Assembly: GCA_958295675.1 (NCBI GenBank)
Contig: OY282360.1
Span: forward strand, 530,026-594,025
Origin: Minisyncoccota bacterium
GTDB taxonomy: Bacteria; Patescibacteriota; Minisyncoccia; Phycocordibacterales; JABAAK01
Direction of reading: 5' to 3'
DNA length: 64,000 nt
The notes under the pieces were generated by a model, which made no database searches, had not been told where the DNA came from, and saw only the letters and a list, made by a program, of their open reading frames with translations. The position numbers and the translations under genes were made by a program. This document shows positions 1-10,903 of the stretch, piece by piece; the stretch's first letter is position 1; every line of letters begins with the position of its first letter.

Positions 1-390
1 GTGTTCATAGTCGTCATACTTGGCTGTCCGTAGAACGGCAAATCGATCAGGCATGACTTTTGTGAAAATAACAGAAACCAGCTGTTCAAAGCACTCTGAT
101 TCAATGTTGTTCCGTTTATCAACATCAACACTCCTATCTCTGATATGTCTCTCCTTTTTTTCCACATACCTCCTATCCTTATCCAGTTTCTCGGGAGGAT
201 AGAATGCACGAAAGGCGGAAACACTGACCCGTCCGTCATGCTCAAGCTGTATACCGATATCCTCATAGTGCTCAACAATACCGGTCATGAGTGTGTGCAT
301 CTTCTCCCGTTCTTTTTTTAGAAATTTGTTCTCAACACCATTACTTGATTCGCGGCCTGAAAAAGAATAGTTTCTTCTTTCCCTTCTCAT
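1..390 (-). CDS. Hypothetical protein, partial (runs off the window start)
   Basis: ATG at 390, 8 nt after TATACT; open frame MRRERRNYSF...LRTAKYDDYEH to position 1. Confidence 0.65.
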   Translation of the reverse strand, partial: MRRERRNYSFSGRESSNGVENKFLKKEREKMHTLMTGIVEHYEDIGIQLEHDGRVSVSAFRAFYPPEKLDKDRRYVEKKERHIRDRSVDVDKRNNIESECFEQLVSVIFTKVMPDRFAVLRTAKYDDYEH

Positions 391-451
391 ACTATTGCAG
401 TATAGCATCAAAAACACATGAAGATGGTGTACACTATGCGATATATAAATC

Positions 452-1201
452 ATGACGAACCACACTGACCGAAAACAACAATTTTCCGGAGGGTATATCA
501 TGACCGGGTTTAGTACCAATCTTCGTGAAATCGTATACGGCGGCATTGACGGCATTATCACCACTTTTGCCGTTGTCTCCGGTTTTTCCGGCATGTCGCT
601 GACTACGGAATCAGCGGTTTCCCTGTCAGCTGCCGTCGTACTGCTGTTCGGATTCGCGAATCTGTTCGCTGACGGGGTGTCCATGGGTCTCGGCAGTTTT
701 CTCTCTCTTCGATCGGAAAATAAACTGTTTGTGCTTGCAGAAAAAAAGAAACGGGAAGAACTGCGGAAAAATGAATCCTTTGAAGCGCGAAAAACAGCGG
801 ATATACTTGAGGCACACGGATTCTCAAAAGACGATGCGGACACTGTCACGGATATATTCCGAAAAAATAAGGGGTACTGGCTGAACTTCATGATACGGGA
901 AAAAATAAATATTCTTCCTGCTGAAAACAGCGGTATGGTGAAAAAATCTGTCTCCATTTTCTGCGCGTTCATACTCTTCGGCATGGTTCCGATACTGCCC
1001 TTTCTGTTCGTTACTGTCCCGTCACAGGCGTTCTATGTCTCCGTTATGAGTGTCATTATCGCACTCACCGTGCTCGGCATAGTCCGCGGTGCCGTTACAA
1101 AAGAAAACATAGTGTACGCGATCGCGGAGGTGCTTTTCATCGGGCTGGTTGCCGGAAGTATTGCGTTCTTCATCGGTTCTCTGTTTGAAGGGGCGGTATA
1201 G
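452..1201 (+). CDS. VIT1/CCC1 family Fe/Mn transporter
   Basis: LREIVYGGIDGIITTFAVVSG and FANLFADGVSMGLG motifs, several TM segments; alternative start at 500. Confidence 0.9.
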   Translation: MTNHTDRKQQFSGGYIMTGFSTNLREIVYGGIDGIITTFAVVSGFSGMSLTTESAVSLSAAVVLLFGFANLFADGVSMGLGSFLSLRSENKLFVLAEKKKREELRKNESFEARKTADILEAHGFSKDDADTVTDIFRKNKGYWLNFMIREKINILPAENSGMVKKSVSIFCAFILFGMVPILPFLFVTVPSQAFYVSVMSVIIALTVLGIVRGAVTKENIVYAIAEVLFIGLVAGSIAFFIGSLFEGAV

Positions 1202-1250
1202 CGGTGTAGAAAAAGGTAACCATGCGCGCAACGCGCGGTACACTGACGGC

Positions 1251-2108
1251 ATGTCTTTCCCTATCACGACACTCTCACCGGACCAATACCCGCCGTCTCT
1301 GAGAGAAATACCGCACATCCCGAAACATCTTTACTGCCGCGGCAAATCTATGGACGAATCAAAACATGTGATCGCCGTTGTCGGCGCGCGGCGACATTCT
1401 GACTACGGTAGAAAAGCGTGCGAAAAAATAATCACGGATCTCGCAGGATACCCGATAACCGTTATCTCCGGGTTGGCTATCGGCATTGATGCTATCGCGC
1501 ACGAAACAGCCATAGCATCGGGGCTCACCACCGTGGCAGTGGTCGGTTCAGGACTTGACGATTCGGTGCTGTACCCTGCCGTGAACAAGCCGCTCGCGCA
1601 ACGAATTCTTGAACATGACGGCTCGCTTATCTCTGAACTGGAGCCGCAAGCACGCGCGACAAAATACACATTCCCGTCCAGAAACCGCATCATGGCGGGA
1701 CTTGCTGAAATTGTCATCGCCGTGGAATGCGAATTAAAATCAGGAACCCGCATCACTACCCGACTCGCGACTGAATACAACAAAGAGGTCGGCGCGGTAC
1801 CGCACAGTATATTCTCAGAAGTCGGTGCGGGTACAAACGCTCTCATACAGCAGGGCGCGCATGTGATACGGGACGGGAGAGATGTCATTGAACTGCTCGG
1901 TTTGGAAACACCGGTGAACACTGCCGTAAAAACGGAAACACTCACCGATGCGGAACAAAAGGTGTACAATGCACTGAACACACCGAAAACAAAAACCATG
2001 CTGTCACAGGAAACAAATCTGTCCGCACAGGAGCTGCAGTCAGCGATTGCCGCGCTTGAAATGAAAGATGTGGTGATAGAAATGATGGGGACAGTACAGC
2101 GACGATGA
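1251..2108 (+). CDS. dprA: DNA processing protein DprA
   Basis: YPPSLREI, IAVVGAR, VISGLAIGIDAIAH, FPSRNRIMAG motifs; ATG at 1251 follows TACACT. Confidence 0.95.
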   Translation: MSFPITTLSPDQYPPSLREIPHIPKHLYCRGKSMDESKHVIAVVGARRHSDYGRKACEKIITDLAGYPITVISGLAIGIDAIAHETAIASGLTTVAVVGSGLDDSVLYPAVNKPLAQRILEHDGSLISELEPQARATKYTFPSRNRIMAGLAEIVIAVECELKSGTRITTRLATEYNKEVGAVPHSIFSEVGAGTNALIQQGAHVIRDGRDVIELLGLETPVNTAVKTETLTDAEQKVYNALNTPKTKTMLSQETNLSAQELQSAIAALEMKDVVIEMMGTVQRR

Positions 2109-2175
2109 GTGGTGTATAAAAAATATCTCCGCGCCGAATTGCTCCGGAGCGGAGACAGAAGTGTGTCTGAGAAGG

Positions 2176-3588
2176 TTACTTGTCTTCAGACCGTTTGCCG
2201 TAATCAGCCGCATCGCTCATGTCGCCGAGACGGGATGTGGAAATGCCGAAAGTGCTGGCAAAGCGACGAATCCACGCATGAACGATGGTGCGGACTTCAG
2301 GATGTACCCTCACACCGGAACGCAGCCGCAGAAGATACAGCCACTTATCCAGAGTGCCGTTCATCTCGAAAAACACCTCAACACCCATCGGCAGGAAGTA
2401 CAGAATGTCCTGTGACCTGGAAAAGGTATTCCAATACACTCTGGACATGGTTAACCCACCAGCGGTTGAGTGCACTACTTCATTCCGCTTATCTAGTGAT
2501 GGTATTTGATCAAAATACCACCCTGCAAAGCGAACATGTTCCGATTCCGCCGGAAGCGAAAACGATTTCGCATACGGTCGATGCCGCCACAAGTCACGCA
2601 ATGACCGCATTGACACTGAACCAGTACAGCGAATCGTCCCGAATCGTCCGAGAAAATCGTCAGACAGACGGGAATCCAATGCAAGCCGCAACAGGTTATC
2701 AATGTAAGGGCTGCATACCCTTTTTGTGTCAAACAATGCGAAGTGCGCTTCAGCAGATTCAGGTACATCAGAACGAACAAGCCGTTCGTCGCGTGCCAAA
2801 AAGGCATGGTTTTTCAGACAATCTCGCAATGATGCACGAGTGTTGAACTCAGCAGGATCCCGTTCCTTTACGGAATTCGGACACACATGGTTGATGACCC
2901 GAAGCAAATGATCACCGATGGCGGTAATCTCACCCTGACCTAGATAGGACTGCATTTCCCACGCATGCTCAATCAGGTTGCGAATATCACAGGTCAACAC
3001 AACACTGGTACGCGCTGCCAAAGGCAAAAACGCACCGGCGATGTCAAATGCTTTCGGTTCCGCATCCTTCGGTTCCATTCCCTGTTTTCGGAACTCCTCC
3101 TTGAGCATATCCAACACACTGCGGTACTGTGAGAACCAGCCCTTGACGGTATCGTGTGCATCCGTATTGTCCCGGAGAGACGGCGGCAGCAGATACCTTG
3201 TCTCGCTGAAGTCAATGTATCGCGTGGATGCCTCCTGTCCCTGAAACCGAGCGAACTCAATAGTCCGCAACGCACCGTACATGGACACATCCTCAACAGC
3301 AAGCGTCAGATGCCCCATCTCGCCGATGGAATCGTGTCCGTAGTTGCGGAAGTATCTGCCGATAATTCTGTCCCGCTGTTTCAGTGTGAGTTCAGCGAAA
3401 CGAACACGAAGCGGCGCAGGATCGCGCGACAGTGTGGCACCGAGTGCGGCGAACATTTCCGGATCGCCGTTGATCAGCACGACAATCCGAAATCCCAATG
3501 GGTGTTCATATTCCCGCAAACGCATGCCATCGCTACCGACAATTTCAGTCGGTTCAACCGGCAATGCCAGTATGTCTGTGTCAGCCAT
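2176..3588 (-). CDS. thyX: Flavin-dependent thymidylate synthase, long two-module type
   Basis: YGHDSIGE, QEASTRY (SxRY), RDLWRHR and LRLRS...HPEVR motifs. Confidence 0.8.
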   Translation of the reverse strand: MADTDILALPVEPTEIVGSDGMRLREYEHPLGFRIVVLINGDPEMFAALGATLSRDPAPLRVRFAELTLKQRDRIIGRYFRNYGHDSIGEMGHLTLAVEDVSMYGALRTIEFARFQGQEASTRYIDFSETRYLLPPSLRDNTDAHDTVKGWFSQYRSVLDMLKEEFRKQGMEPKDAEPKAFDIAGAFLPLAARTSVVLTCDIRNLIEHAWEMQSYLGQGEITAIGDHLLRVINHVCPNSVKERDPAEFNTRASLRDCLKNHAFLARDERLVRSDVPESAEAHFALFDTKRVCSPYIDNLLRLALDSRLSDDFLGRFGTIRCTGSVSMRSLRDLWRHRPYAKSFSLPAESEHVRFAGWYFDQIPSLDKRNEVVHSTAGGLTMSRVYWNTFSRSQDILYFLPMGVEVFFEMNGTLDKWLYLLRLRSGVRVHPEVRTIVHAWIRRFASTFGISTSRLGDMSDAADYGKRSEDK

Positions 3589-3765
3589 GAAATCTCTCCC
3601 TTTTGTGGATGTTCACCGCCCCGGTACCTCATTCAAGGAACGGACTTGTGGCAAAAGACCAATGCCGTTGGTGCGGCATACTTCCTATAGTATACATCTA
3701 AAAATAGCAAACAATCAAACAGAACAATTTGACAATAAATCGTGTATACTATATACCGAGAACAT

Positions 3766-5919
3766 ATGCAGAACCTCGTTATCGTTGAGTCACCGACTAA
3801 AGTAAAAACAATAGAAAAATATCTCGGTAAAGAATATAAAGTGGTCGCTTCAGTCGGACATATACGGGATTTGCCGAAAAGCGAAAAAGATGCGGTTGAT
3901 ATTGACCGCGGATTCACGCCGAAATATGTGACCAATACGGAAAAAAAGAAAGTGGTACAGGATATCAAAAAAAAGGCGAGAAGCGCGGACCGCGTCATAC
4001 TCGCGACTGATCCGGACCGTGAAGGCGAAGCGATTGCATGGCACATACAACAGGCCGTTGATCTTGAAAACCCGGATAGGGTTGTATTCAATGAAATAAC
4101 CGAAGAAGCGGTTCGTGAAGCGCTGAAACATCCGAGAAAAATAGATCAATCACTCAGAAAATCACAGGAAGCGCGACGAGTGCTGGACCGGTTATTCGGC
4201 TACACGCTCAGCAAACTCATCTGGACCAAGGTGCGGTACGGACTCTCCGCGGGACGCGTGCAATCCCCGGCTCTGCGCATACTCATGGAACGGGAACGGG
4301 AGATACGAAAGTTCAAACCGGAAACCTATTGGGAAATACGCGGAACATTTAAGCGGGAAGACGGAAAAGAATACATAGCGGAATGTGAAAAGACATTTGA
4401 CAAAAAAGAAGAGGTTTCTGATATTGTACATCAGGCAAAAAAGAAGAAGTGGAAAGTTAATGATATACAGGAACGGATGCAGAAACGAAATCCGCGCGCG
4501 CCGTTCATCACCTCAACACTGCAGCAGGCGGCAAACAGCGCGTTCGGGTGGTCACCGTCATACACAATGCGAACAGCGCAGCGGCTCTATGAAGCGGGAC
4601 ATATCACCTATATGCGCACCGACTCAACAAACCTATCCGCACACGCCCATGCAATGCTGAAAAAGCACATCACGGAAGAATACAATGCGAATGAATACCG
4701 CAGAACGGATTACAAGACAAAAAGCAAATCGGCACAGGAAGCGCACGAAGCAATTCGTCCCGCATCAATCAGCGGCATACACCGCGGAAAAACAAAACAG
4801 GAAAGCGCGCTCTACACCCTGATACATCAGCGAACGGTCGCGAGTCAAATGAACCCCGCGGAACTGGTACGCACTGTGGTATCTTTTACAGCGGACGGCA
4901 TGCCGCTTTTTCTCATTCGCGGTGTCGTCATCGTGAAAGAAGGGTGGTTCATGGCGGATCCGAACGCGCGCGGTGAAGAAATAACGCTTCCGACATTCAA
5001 CAAAGATGAGAATATGATATGCACTGATATGCAGTCAGCGGAAAAACAGACCGCTCCGCCGTCACGCTACTCAGAAGCCGGATTGGTTAAGGAACTTGAA
5101 GCGCGAGGCATCGGCAGACCATCCACCTATGCTCCGACTATCCAGACACTTGTGGAGAGAAAGTATGTTGAAAAAGAGAACCGATCACTCAAACCGACAA
5201 CACTCGGCGATGTTGTCAGCTCATTCATAGAAAAAAACTTTGAAAACTATATCAGCGATTCCTTCACGGCAAATATGGAACAGAATCTTGATGAAATAGC
5301 GAACGGAAAAAAGGAATACGAGGAAACACTTTCATTATTCTACCGTCCGTTCAGAGAAAGTGTGGAATCAAAACAGGATGTTCCCAAACTGACTTCACTC
5401 GGTGCCGCACCGAAAGAATACCTCTGTCCTGTCTGTGACGGCACTATGGAATACAAACTGTCAAAAACAGGCACTTTCATGAGTTGCAAAAAGTATCCCG
5501 AGTGTCTCGGGGCGCGCACGGATGAAGGAGAAGAAATACAGCCGCCGAAACCGATCGGCAAACCATGCCCGAAATGCGGTGAATCGCTGGTGAAACGAAC
5601 CGGTAGATTCGGTGAATTCATCAGTTGTGAAACATACCCGAAATGCAAGTATGTTGAAGAAGACCCCGAAGAAAAAGCAAGAAAAGATACCGGTGTGCTG
5701 TGTACAATCTGCAAAAAAGGAACCATAATTGAACGACAGGGTAAGTTCGGTCCTTTCTTCGGTTGCTCAGAATACCCGAAATGCAAGAACACAATGCGCG
5801 CGCGACCGACGGGAGAAAAATGTCCAGAATGCGGCGCACTGATGATGGAAGGCACAAAGACCATACCAAATCGCTGCTCTGTAAAGACATGTCCGATGCA
5901 TAACCCGCACAAGGCATAA
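3766..5919 (+). CDS. topA: DNA topoisomerase I with C-terminal zinc ribbons
   Basis: LVIVESP, LATDPDREGEAI, SAGRVQ, ITYMRTDS, AQEAHEAIRP; repeated CxxC...C..YPxC. Confidence 0.98.
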   Translation: MQNLVIVESPTKVKTIEKYLGKEYKVVASVGHIRDLPKSEKDAVDIDRGFTPKYVTNTEKKKVVQDIKKKARSADRVILATDPDREGEAIAWHIQQAVDLENPDRVVFNEITEEAVREALKHPRKIDQSLRKSQEARRVLDRLFGYTLSKLIWTKVRYGLSAGRVQSPALRILMEREREIRKFKPETYWEIRGTFKREDGKEYIAECEKTFDKKEEVSDIVHQAKKKKWKVNDIQERMQKRNPRAPFITSTLQQAANSAFGWSPSYTMRTAQRLYEAGHITYMRTDSTNLSAHAHAMLKKHITEEYNANEYRRTDYKTKSKSAQEAHEAIRPASISGIHRGKTKQESALYTLIHQRTVASQMNPAELVRTVVSFTADGMPLFLIRGVVIVKEGWFMADPNARGEEITLPTFNKDENMICTDMQSAEKQTAPPSRYSEAGLVKELEARGIGRPSTYAPTIQTLVERKYVEKENRSLKPTTLGDVVSSFIEKNFENYISDSFTANMEQNLDEIANGKKEYEETLSLFYRPFRESVESKQDVPKLTSLGAAPKEYLCPVCDGTMEYKLSKTGTFMSCKKYPECLGARTDEGEEIQPPKPIGKPCPKCGESLVKRTGRFGEFISCETYPKCKYVEEDPEEKARKDTGVLCTICKKGTIIERQGKFGPFFGCSEYPKCKNTMRARPTGEKCPECGALMMEGTKTIPNRCSVKTCPMHNPHKA

Positions 5920-6001
5920 TCATAAAAAATTCTGCCGATGTCCGAAGACAATCAGCAGAATATGGATCGGAACAACGCAATCAATCGTGAGCATGAAGAC
6001 A

Positions 6002-6559
6002 TCAAAGACCGAGCACTAATTTTTGCAAATCAGCGCGGGTTACTTTAACATCCTTATCACCTCTCCACAACGCGGTACACGCTCCGGAAAGAAACGATTC
6101 TGACGATTCCGTCTTTAAGCCATCGACACATTGCTCACGGGAAACAGTTGTGCCGTCACTCAGTTTGATTTTTGCGTCGGCATAATGCACCAACACATCA
6201 GCAAGTCGTCTGTTGTACTCACACCAAATGGGTACATCGTACCTGTATTCCCCTGTTTCCTCATCAAGCATGGGAAAAAGGTAATCCCTGTAGTCAATAC
6301 CTGCATCACGAATTCTGATGCAAATACTGACATCCTGTTCGGGTGAAGAAGGTGCGGGAGAACCTTCATGGCGCGGCAAAGCAGCGGCTTTTGGCTCTTT
6401 CTTTTCCGAATCTGATTGATTGAAAAAGGCAAAACCCTGAGACCGAACTCCGGAAAGTGTACCACTCTCCGCGGCAACGGCACAAACACACGACACCTGC
6501 ACACCGGCACAAACAAAAAAACCGGCAAGCACTTTTTTTAAACCACCTTTCACCATCAC
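6002..6559 (-). CDS. Secreted hypothetical protein, 4-Cys domain family member 1
   Basis: Hydrophobic N-terminus, AAGGAGG upstream, WCEYNRRLA...C...ACTALWRGD domain shared with the next two ORFs. Confidence 0.75.
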   Translation of the reverse strand: MMVKGGLKKVLAGFFVCAGVQVSCVCAVAAESGTLSGVRSQGFAFFNQSDSEKKEPKAAALPRHEGSPAPSSPEQDVSICIRIRDAGIDYRDYLFPMLDEETGEYRYDVPIWCEYNRRLADVLVHYADAKIKLSDGTTVSREQCVDGLKTESSESFLSGACTALWRGDKDVKVTRADLQKLVLGL

Positions 6560-6708
6560 ACAACCTCCTTCAGTGAGCAGGACGAAAGAACACTCTATTT
6601 ATATTTTATCACAACAAGAAGAGTATATATAAAAAAGTAACACCGATGTGAATAAAAAGTAACCGCGACAATATACATGTTTTCACATGACATTGTCGCG
6701 GTAAAATG

Positions 6709-8301
6709 CTACCTCACTCCGGGAACGAGCATACTAAGATCTCGCACCCGAATTGTGGCCATCTCTTGATCACCTTTCCATAGCGCAGTACACGCCCTAG
6801 AAAGATCAGAAGGACCGTCATGTGCCGCAAGATTCCTGATACATTCATCTTGCGATACAGACGTGCCGTCATCAAGAGAAATTTCCTCAAATGAAGAAGG
6901 ACCGGATTCAGCGAGTTTCAGCGCAAGTCGAGCATTGTATCGGCACCAGATAACAGGCTGGTATCTCCAGCTCCGTGTTCTGGTGTTGAATACTCTCTCA
7001 CGCAGATACGCCCTGTGGTTCAGGGTACGCAACTTCTCACACGCGTTCCTCGAGTTTTGATCATCAGAATGCTGAGCAAGGTTTTCCGCCGGAACCACTT
7101 GATCCGATTCACCCTCTTCAACAGGATCCTCAATCACCTCGGGTCCATCGGCTTCAGCATCATCTTCAAAGAACGGGAAGTCGTCAACCAAAACCGGTTT
7201 CGGTGTTTCGTCAACAAAAGTCACCTCCACACGAATTGGTTTGTGATGTTCCGGAAGAACATCAAGATCGGTGCTCGCAGCGTCCTCAGCAGAACCATCA
7301 AATCCGGGGAGATGAAGAACCGGATCTTCAACGACCACTTCTCCGGAGAGATTCGGCTCTTCAACAACAACCGCTTCTCCGGAGAGATTCGGCTCTTCAA
7401 CAACAACCGCTTCTCCGGAGAGATTTGGCTCTGCAACAACAACCGCTTCTCCGGTGAGATGAGGAGTCAGATCTTCAACAACCACTTCCAGCACTCTCAC
7501 TCTGTCGCCATCAGCAGTTTCAACCTCAAACTCTCTCAAAGGAAGACCACTTTCTGCAGGAGTCGAGGGGGTGAGAATTTTCCCGGCGCCAGCAGCTTTC
7601 TCCTCAATCTCTTTCAGAGAAACACCGAATCCTCCTTCTGCTTCCTCAACTACTGCACCTAGTTGCGCAGGATCCGGAGAGTCGTCGCTTACTCCTTCCG
7701 ATCCCTCAATTTCTGTACGTGGTGGCACAGAAGTCAAGGTCTCATCAGTCGCTGTTGCCCCCTCATCCGTTTCGCTTGATAGCGCAGGAGCCGGAGAGTC
7801 GTCGCTTACTCCTTCCGATTCCTCAATTTCCGTACTTGGTTGCACAGAAGTCAAGGTCTCGTCAGTCGCTATTGCCTCCTCAAACATCTCGCTTGGTAGC
7901 GTGGTTTCCGGAAACAGAACAGCGGGATCTTCCCCAGCTACTGCATCTGGTTGCGTAACAACCAGAGAGTCGTCAGATGCTTCCACTTCCTCAACTTCCG
8001 CGCTTGGTTGCACAGGAGCCGGAGTGTCGTCAGATGCTTCCACTTCCTCAACTTCCGCGCTTGGTTGCACAGGAGCCGGAGTCTCGTCAGTCGCTGTTGC
8101 CTCCTCATCCATTTCGCTTGATAGCGCAGGAGCCGGAGAGTTGTCAAATTGAGTTTCAGTCCTTCCTTCAAAGGAAAACAGAAACCGAGTCGTTTGCTCC
8201 ACAAACACCTCGAACGGTATATCGCCGTATTTGTGCTCAAATACGGCACCTCCACCGAACAGGGTCAATGCAGAAACCACACACAAAAAACCTTTGAACA
8301 T
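6709..8301 (-). CDS. Membrane/secreted protein with acidic repeat stalk, 4-Cys domain family member 2
   Basis: N-terminal hydrophobic segment, long E/D/S/T/P repeats, C-terminal WCRYNARLA...ACTALWKGD. Confidence 0.8.
   Translation of the reverse strand: MFKGFLCVVSALTLFGGGAVFEHKYGDIPFEVFVEQTTRFLFSFEGRTETQFDNSPAPALSSEMDEEATATDETPAPVQPSAEVEEVEASDDTPAPVQPSAEVEEVEASDDSLVVTQPDAVAGEDPAVLFPETTLPSEMFEEAIATDETLTSVQPSTEIEESEGVSDDSPAPALSSETDEGATATDETLTSVPPRTEIEGSEGVSDDSPDPAQLGAVVEEAEGGFGVSLKEIEEKAAGAGKILTPSTPAESGLPLREFEVETADGDRVRVLEVVVEDLTPHLTGEAVVVAEPNLSGEAVVVEEPNLSGEAVVVEEPNLSGEVVVEDPVLHLPGFDGSAEDAASTDLDVLPEHHKPIRVEVTFVDETPKPVLVDDFPFFEDDAEADGPEVIEDPVEEGESDQVVPAENLAQHSDDQNSRNACEKLRTLNHRAYLRERVFNTRTRSWRYQPVIWCRYNARLALKLAESGPSSFEEISLDDGTSVSQDECIRNLAAHDGPSDLSRACTALWKGDQEMATIRVRDLSMLVPGVR
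7340..8140 (-). repeat. Intragenic tandem repeats with 36, 120 and 57 bp periods
   Basis: tctccggagagatt at 7340/7376/7412; PAPVQPSAEVEEVEASDD twice; 40-aa unit twice. Confidence 0.85.
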
Positions 8302-8493
8302 GGTCTTTTCCTTCAGTTGTTGATGGTAGACAGCACAAAGACTGCCACTCTAGTTTCTATTATATAAAATATAAACATATTGTCAACTTTTATAGAATAA
8401 GGTTCAAAAAAAATACAACTAAATAACCCCTTCCCTATATAAAAAGAAAAAGACCACAACAACAAGATAAACTGTCGTTGTGGCCTTTGAAAA

Positions 8494-9126
8494 TCACCGC
8501 CGATCAAAAACGAGACGGTACAAGTCAGATGACATCACGGTGGGCTTTCCACCACGAAGCAACACTGAGCAAGCGCGGGAATAAAGGTTCTTCCCGTCCG
8601 TCTGCATCGGCAGATGGGCGACACAGTCCTCAACCGTGACTGGCTCGCCGTCAACATCAATGCTGTCCGCGGCAATGTCTGCGTTTCCAAGTTCAGCAGC
8701 CAATGTGCGGTTGTACGCACACCATGTTGCTGCCGAGTAAACACGAAACCCGCCATCCCCGAGGTTAGTGTCATAGCGGGTACTCGGTTGTTGATCTGCA
8801 TACTGATCGCATGGATTTTCATCCACTTCGGAATCATCAGATGCGGACTGATCAGCAACCATCTCAGGCATGGGGGGCATGGCTACAGGATGAGGCACAA
8901 CATACGGACCCGAACGCGACACTATTGCCCCATTTCGTTCCCGGTACTGCTCACCAAAGAGCGATGAGACGCTTCTGTCACCATAGTGATGCATGAAAAA
9001 TGCACCGAGAACCGGCAACGAAAGCATGAACAACGCCAAAACGACACCGCGCAATACACCGCCACTCCGTTTTGCATCACCACCAGTTTTTGCCCCGTCT
9101 TCGGGAGCAGTATCCTGTGTGTCCAT
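8494..9126 (-). CDS. Membrane-anchored hypothetical protein, 4-Cys domain family member 3
   Basis: TM segment, WCAYNRTLA...C...ACSVLLRGG, AAGGAGG upstream. Confidence 0.75.
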   Translation of the reverse strand: MDTQDTAPEDGAKTGGDAKRSGGVLRGVVLALFMLSLPVLGAFFMHHYGDRSVSSLFGEQYRERNGAIVSRSGPYVVPHPVAMPPMPEMVADQSASDDSEVDENPCDQYADQQPSTRYDTNLGDGGFRVYSAATWCAYNRTLAAELGNADIAADSIDVDGEPVTVEDCVAHLPMQTDGKNLYSRACSVLLRGGKPTVMSSDLYRLVFDRR

Positions 9127-9385
9127 TTTTCCTCCTTACTGGAAGTTGAAAAGAAATATAAAGAGACCCGTATAAATGGTCCCTAGTCCTGAATATATAA
9201 TAGTATGAAAACAATATATTGTCAATATCCCCTTATATAATACTCATATACCGCGATTATCACATAGATAACCACATAGCAGCAAAACCGGGGGATATAC
9301 ACATTCTCTTTCCATACAAAATCGGAAAATACCTTCTATTTTATTACAAAAAATGGATATAAGATTTGTGTTGTATAGTACCAAT

Positions 9386-10903
9386 ATGAAAGCAGCAACA
9401 GAACAAGTAATAACATCACAGGACTATATCACAGCACAGGATATTATTGATTCAATACCGTACCAAATACCCATCAATGACAGACAAACGATAGAAAAAG
9501 CATGCGCATTTGTAAAAAAAAAGCATGAAAGACAGAAACGATATTCCGGTCTTCCCTATTACACACACGCCTTTGAAGTCGGAAAACTCATTGCGGAAGC
9601 AAATATGCCCATTAATATCATCATCGCCGGAATCCTCCACGACACGATAGAGGATACTGATACGACCGCTGCAGATATAGAAAAAGAATTTAACAAAGAA
9701 ACAGCATTCCTCGTGGAGAGCGTGAGTCATCTCGGTGAAGTACGCTATCAAGGATTGGATATACGGGTCAAATCACTCCAAAAACTATTTGTGGCAACAT
9801 CAAAAGATTTACGCGTCATCATCATAAAACTGATGGATCGGCTGCACAACATGCGAACACTTGATGCCGTTCCGGCAGAAAAACAAAAACGCATTGCCAA
9901 AGAAACACAATTGGTATATGTACCGCTTGCCGCTCGCCTTGGCATGGGTACTTTAAAAACAGAATTGGAAGAACTGGCATTCAGGCATATTGATCGAAAA
10001 ACATACAACATGCTGAAAGAAAAAATTAACACGGTAATCGGGTCAATATCAATGAAAGATATGGAAAGAAAAATGAGTGATGTTCTTTTGTCCGAAGGAG
10101 TTACTAATGTCAGCATAACATCAAGGATAAAAAACGCATACAGCACATACATGAAAATGAAGTATAAAAAATGCTCTTTTGAACAAATCCAGGATATCAT
10201 CGCGCTCCGCGTCATCGTTGATGACATACCGACCGCATACCATGTGTTAGGCATCATTCACGCGCATTGGCGCCCGATACCGGGAACATTCAAGGATTAT
10301 ATATCTCTGCCGAAACCGAACGGTTATCGCACGCTTCACACCAGAATACTCATTGACCAACACATTCTTGAAATACACATCCTGACTTACAGTATGTATC
10401 AGCACGCCCAATTCGGCATCGCCGCGCATTTTCATTATAAGGAAAAAAGAATAGGAATCGCCGGTATTGAACTGCAATGGTTTGACAAATTACTTGCTCA
10501 CAAAAAAACAGAACCGACAAAAAAACAACTCCCATGGCTGGAGCGAACTGCCGAACTTCACCAAAAAGAGAACGATAATGAGTCATCATTTGTTGAAAAT
10601 ATGCAGGTGGATTTCCTGCAGGAACGCATGTTTATATTCACACCAAAAGGTGAAACGGTTGACTTACCGCGAAAGGCGACTGCTCTTGATTTCGCGTTTG
10701 CTATTCACAGCGACATAGGAACACATGCGGAAGGTGCCTTTATCAACGGCAAATACACCTCACTAAGGCAGGAATTAAAAAACGGTGATATTGTCAGGAT
10801 AAAAGCAGCAAAAATACCGAAGGCGACAAAAAAATGGCTGGAATGGGTAAAAACAGCGGAAGCGCGTTCAGAAATCCGCCAGTTTATAAAGAAAAATTCT
10901 TAA
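9386..10903 (+). CDS. rel: RelA/SpoT family protein (HD, synthetase, TGS; no ZFD/ACT)
   Basis: RYSGLPYYTH, ILHDTIED, DRLHNMRT, PKPNGY, TGS FTPKG...DFAFAIHS. Confidence 0.93.
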   Translation: MKAATEQVITSQDYITAQDIIDSIPYQIPINDRQTIEKACAFVKKKHERQKRYSGLPYYTHAFEVGKLIAEANMPINIIIAGILHDTIEDTDTTAADIEKEFNKETAFLVESVSHLGEVRYQGLDIRVKSLQKLFVATSKDLRVIIIKLMDRLHNMRTLDAVPAEKQKRIAKETQLVYVPLAARLGMGTLKTELEELAFRHIDRKTYNMLKEKINTVIGSISMKDMERKMSDVLLSEGVTNVSITSRIKNAYSTYMKMKYKKCSFEQIQDIIALRVIVDDIPTAYHVLGIIHAHWRPIPGTFKDYISLPKPNGYRTLHTRILIDQHILEIHILTYSMYQHAQFGIAAHFHYKEKRIGIAGIELQWFDKLLAHKKTEPTKKQLPWLERTAELHQKENDNESSFVENMQVDFLQERMFIFTPKGETVDLPRKATALDFAFAIHSDIGTHAEGAFINGKYTSLRQELKNGDIVRIKAAKIPKATKKWLEWVKTAEARSEIRQFIKKNS

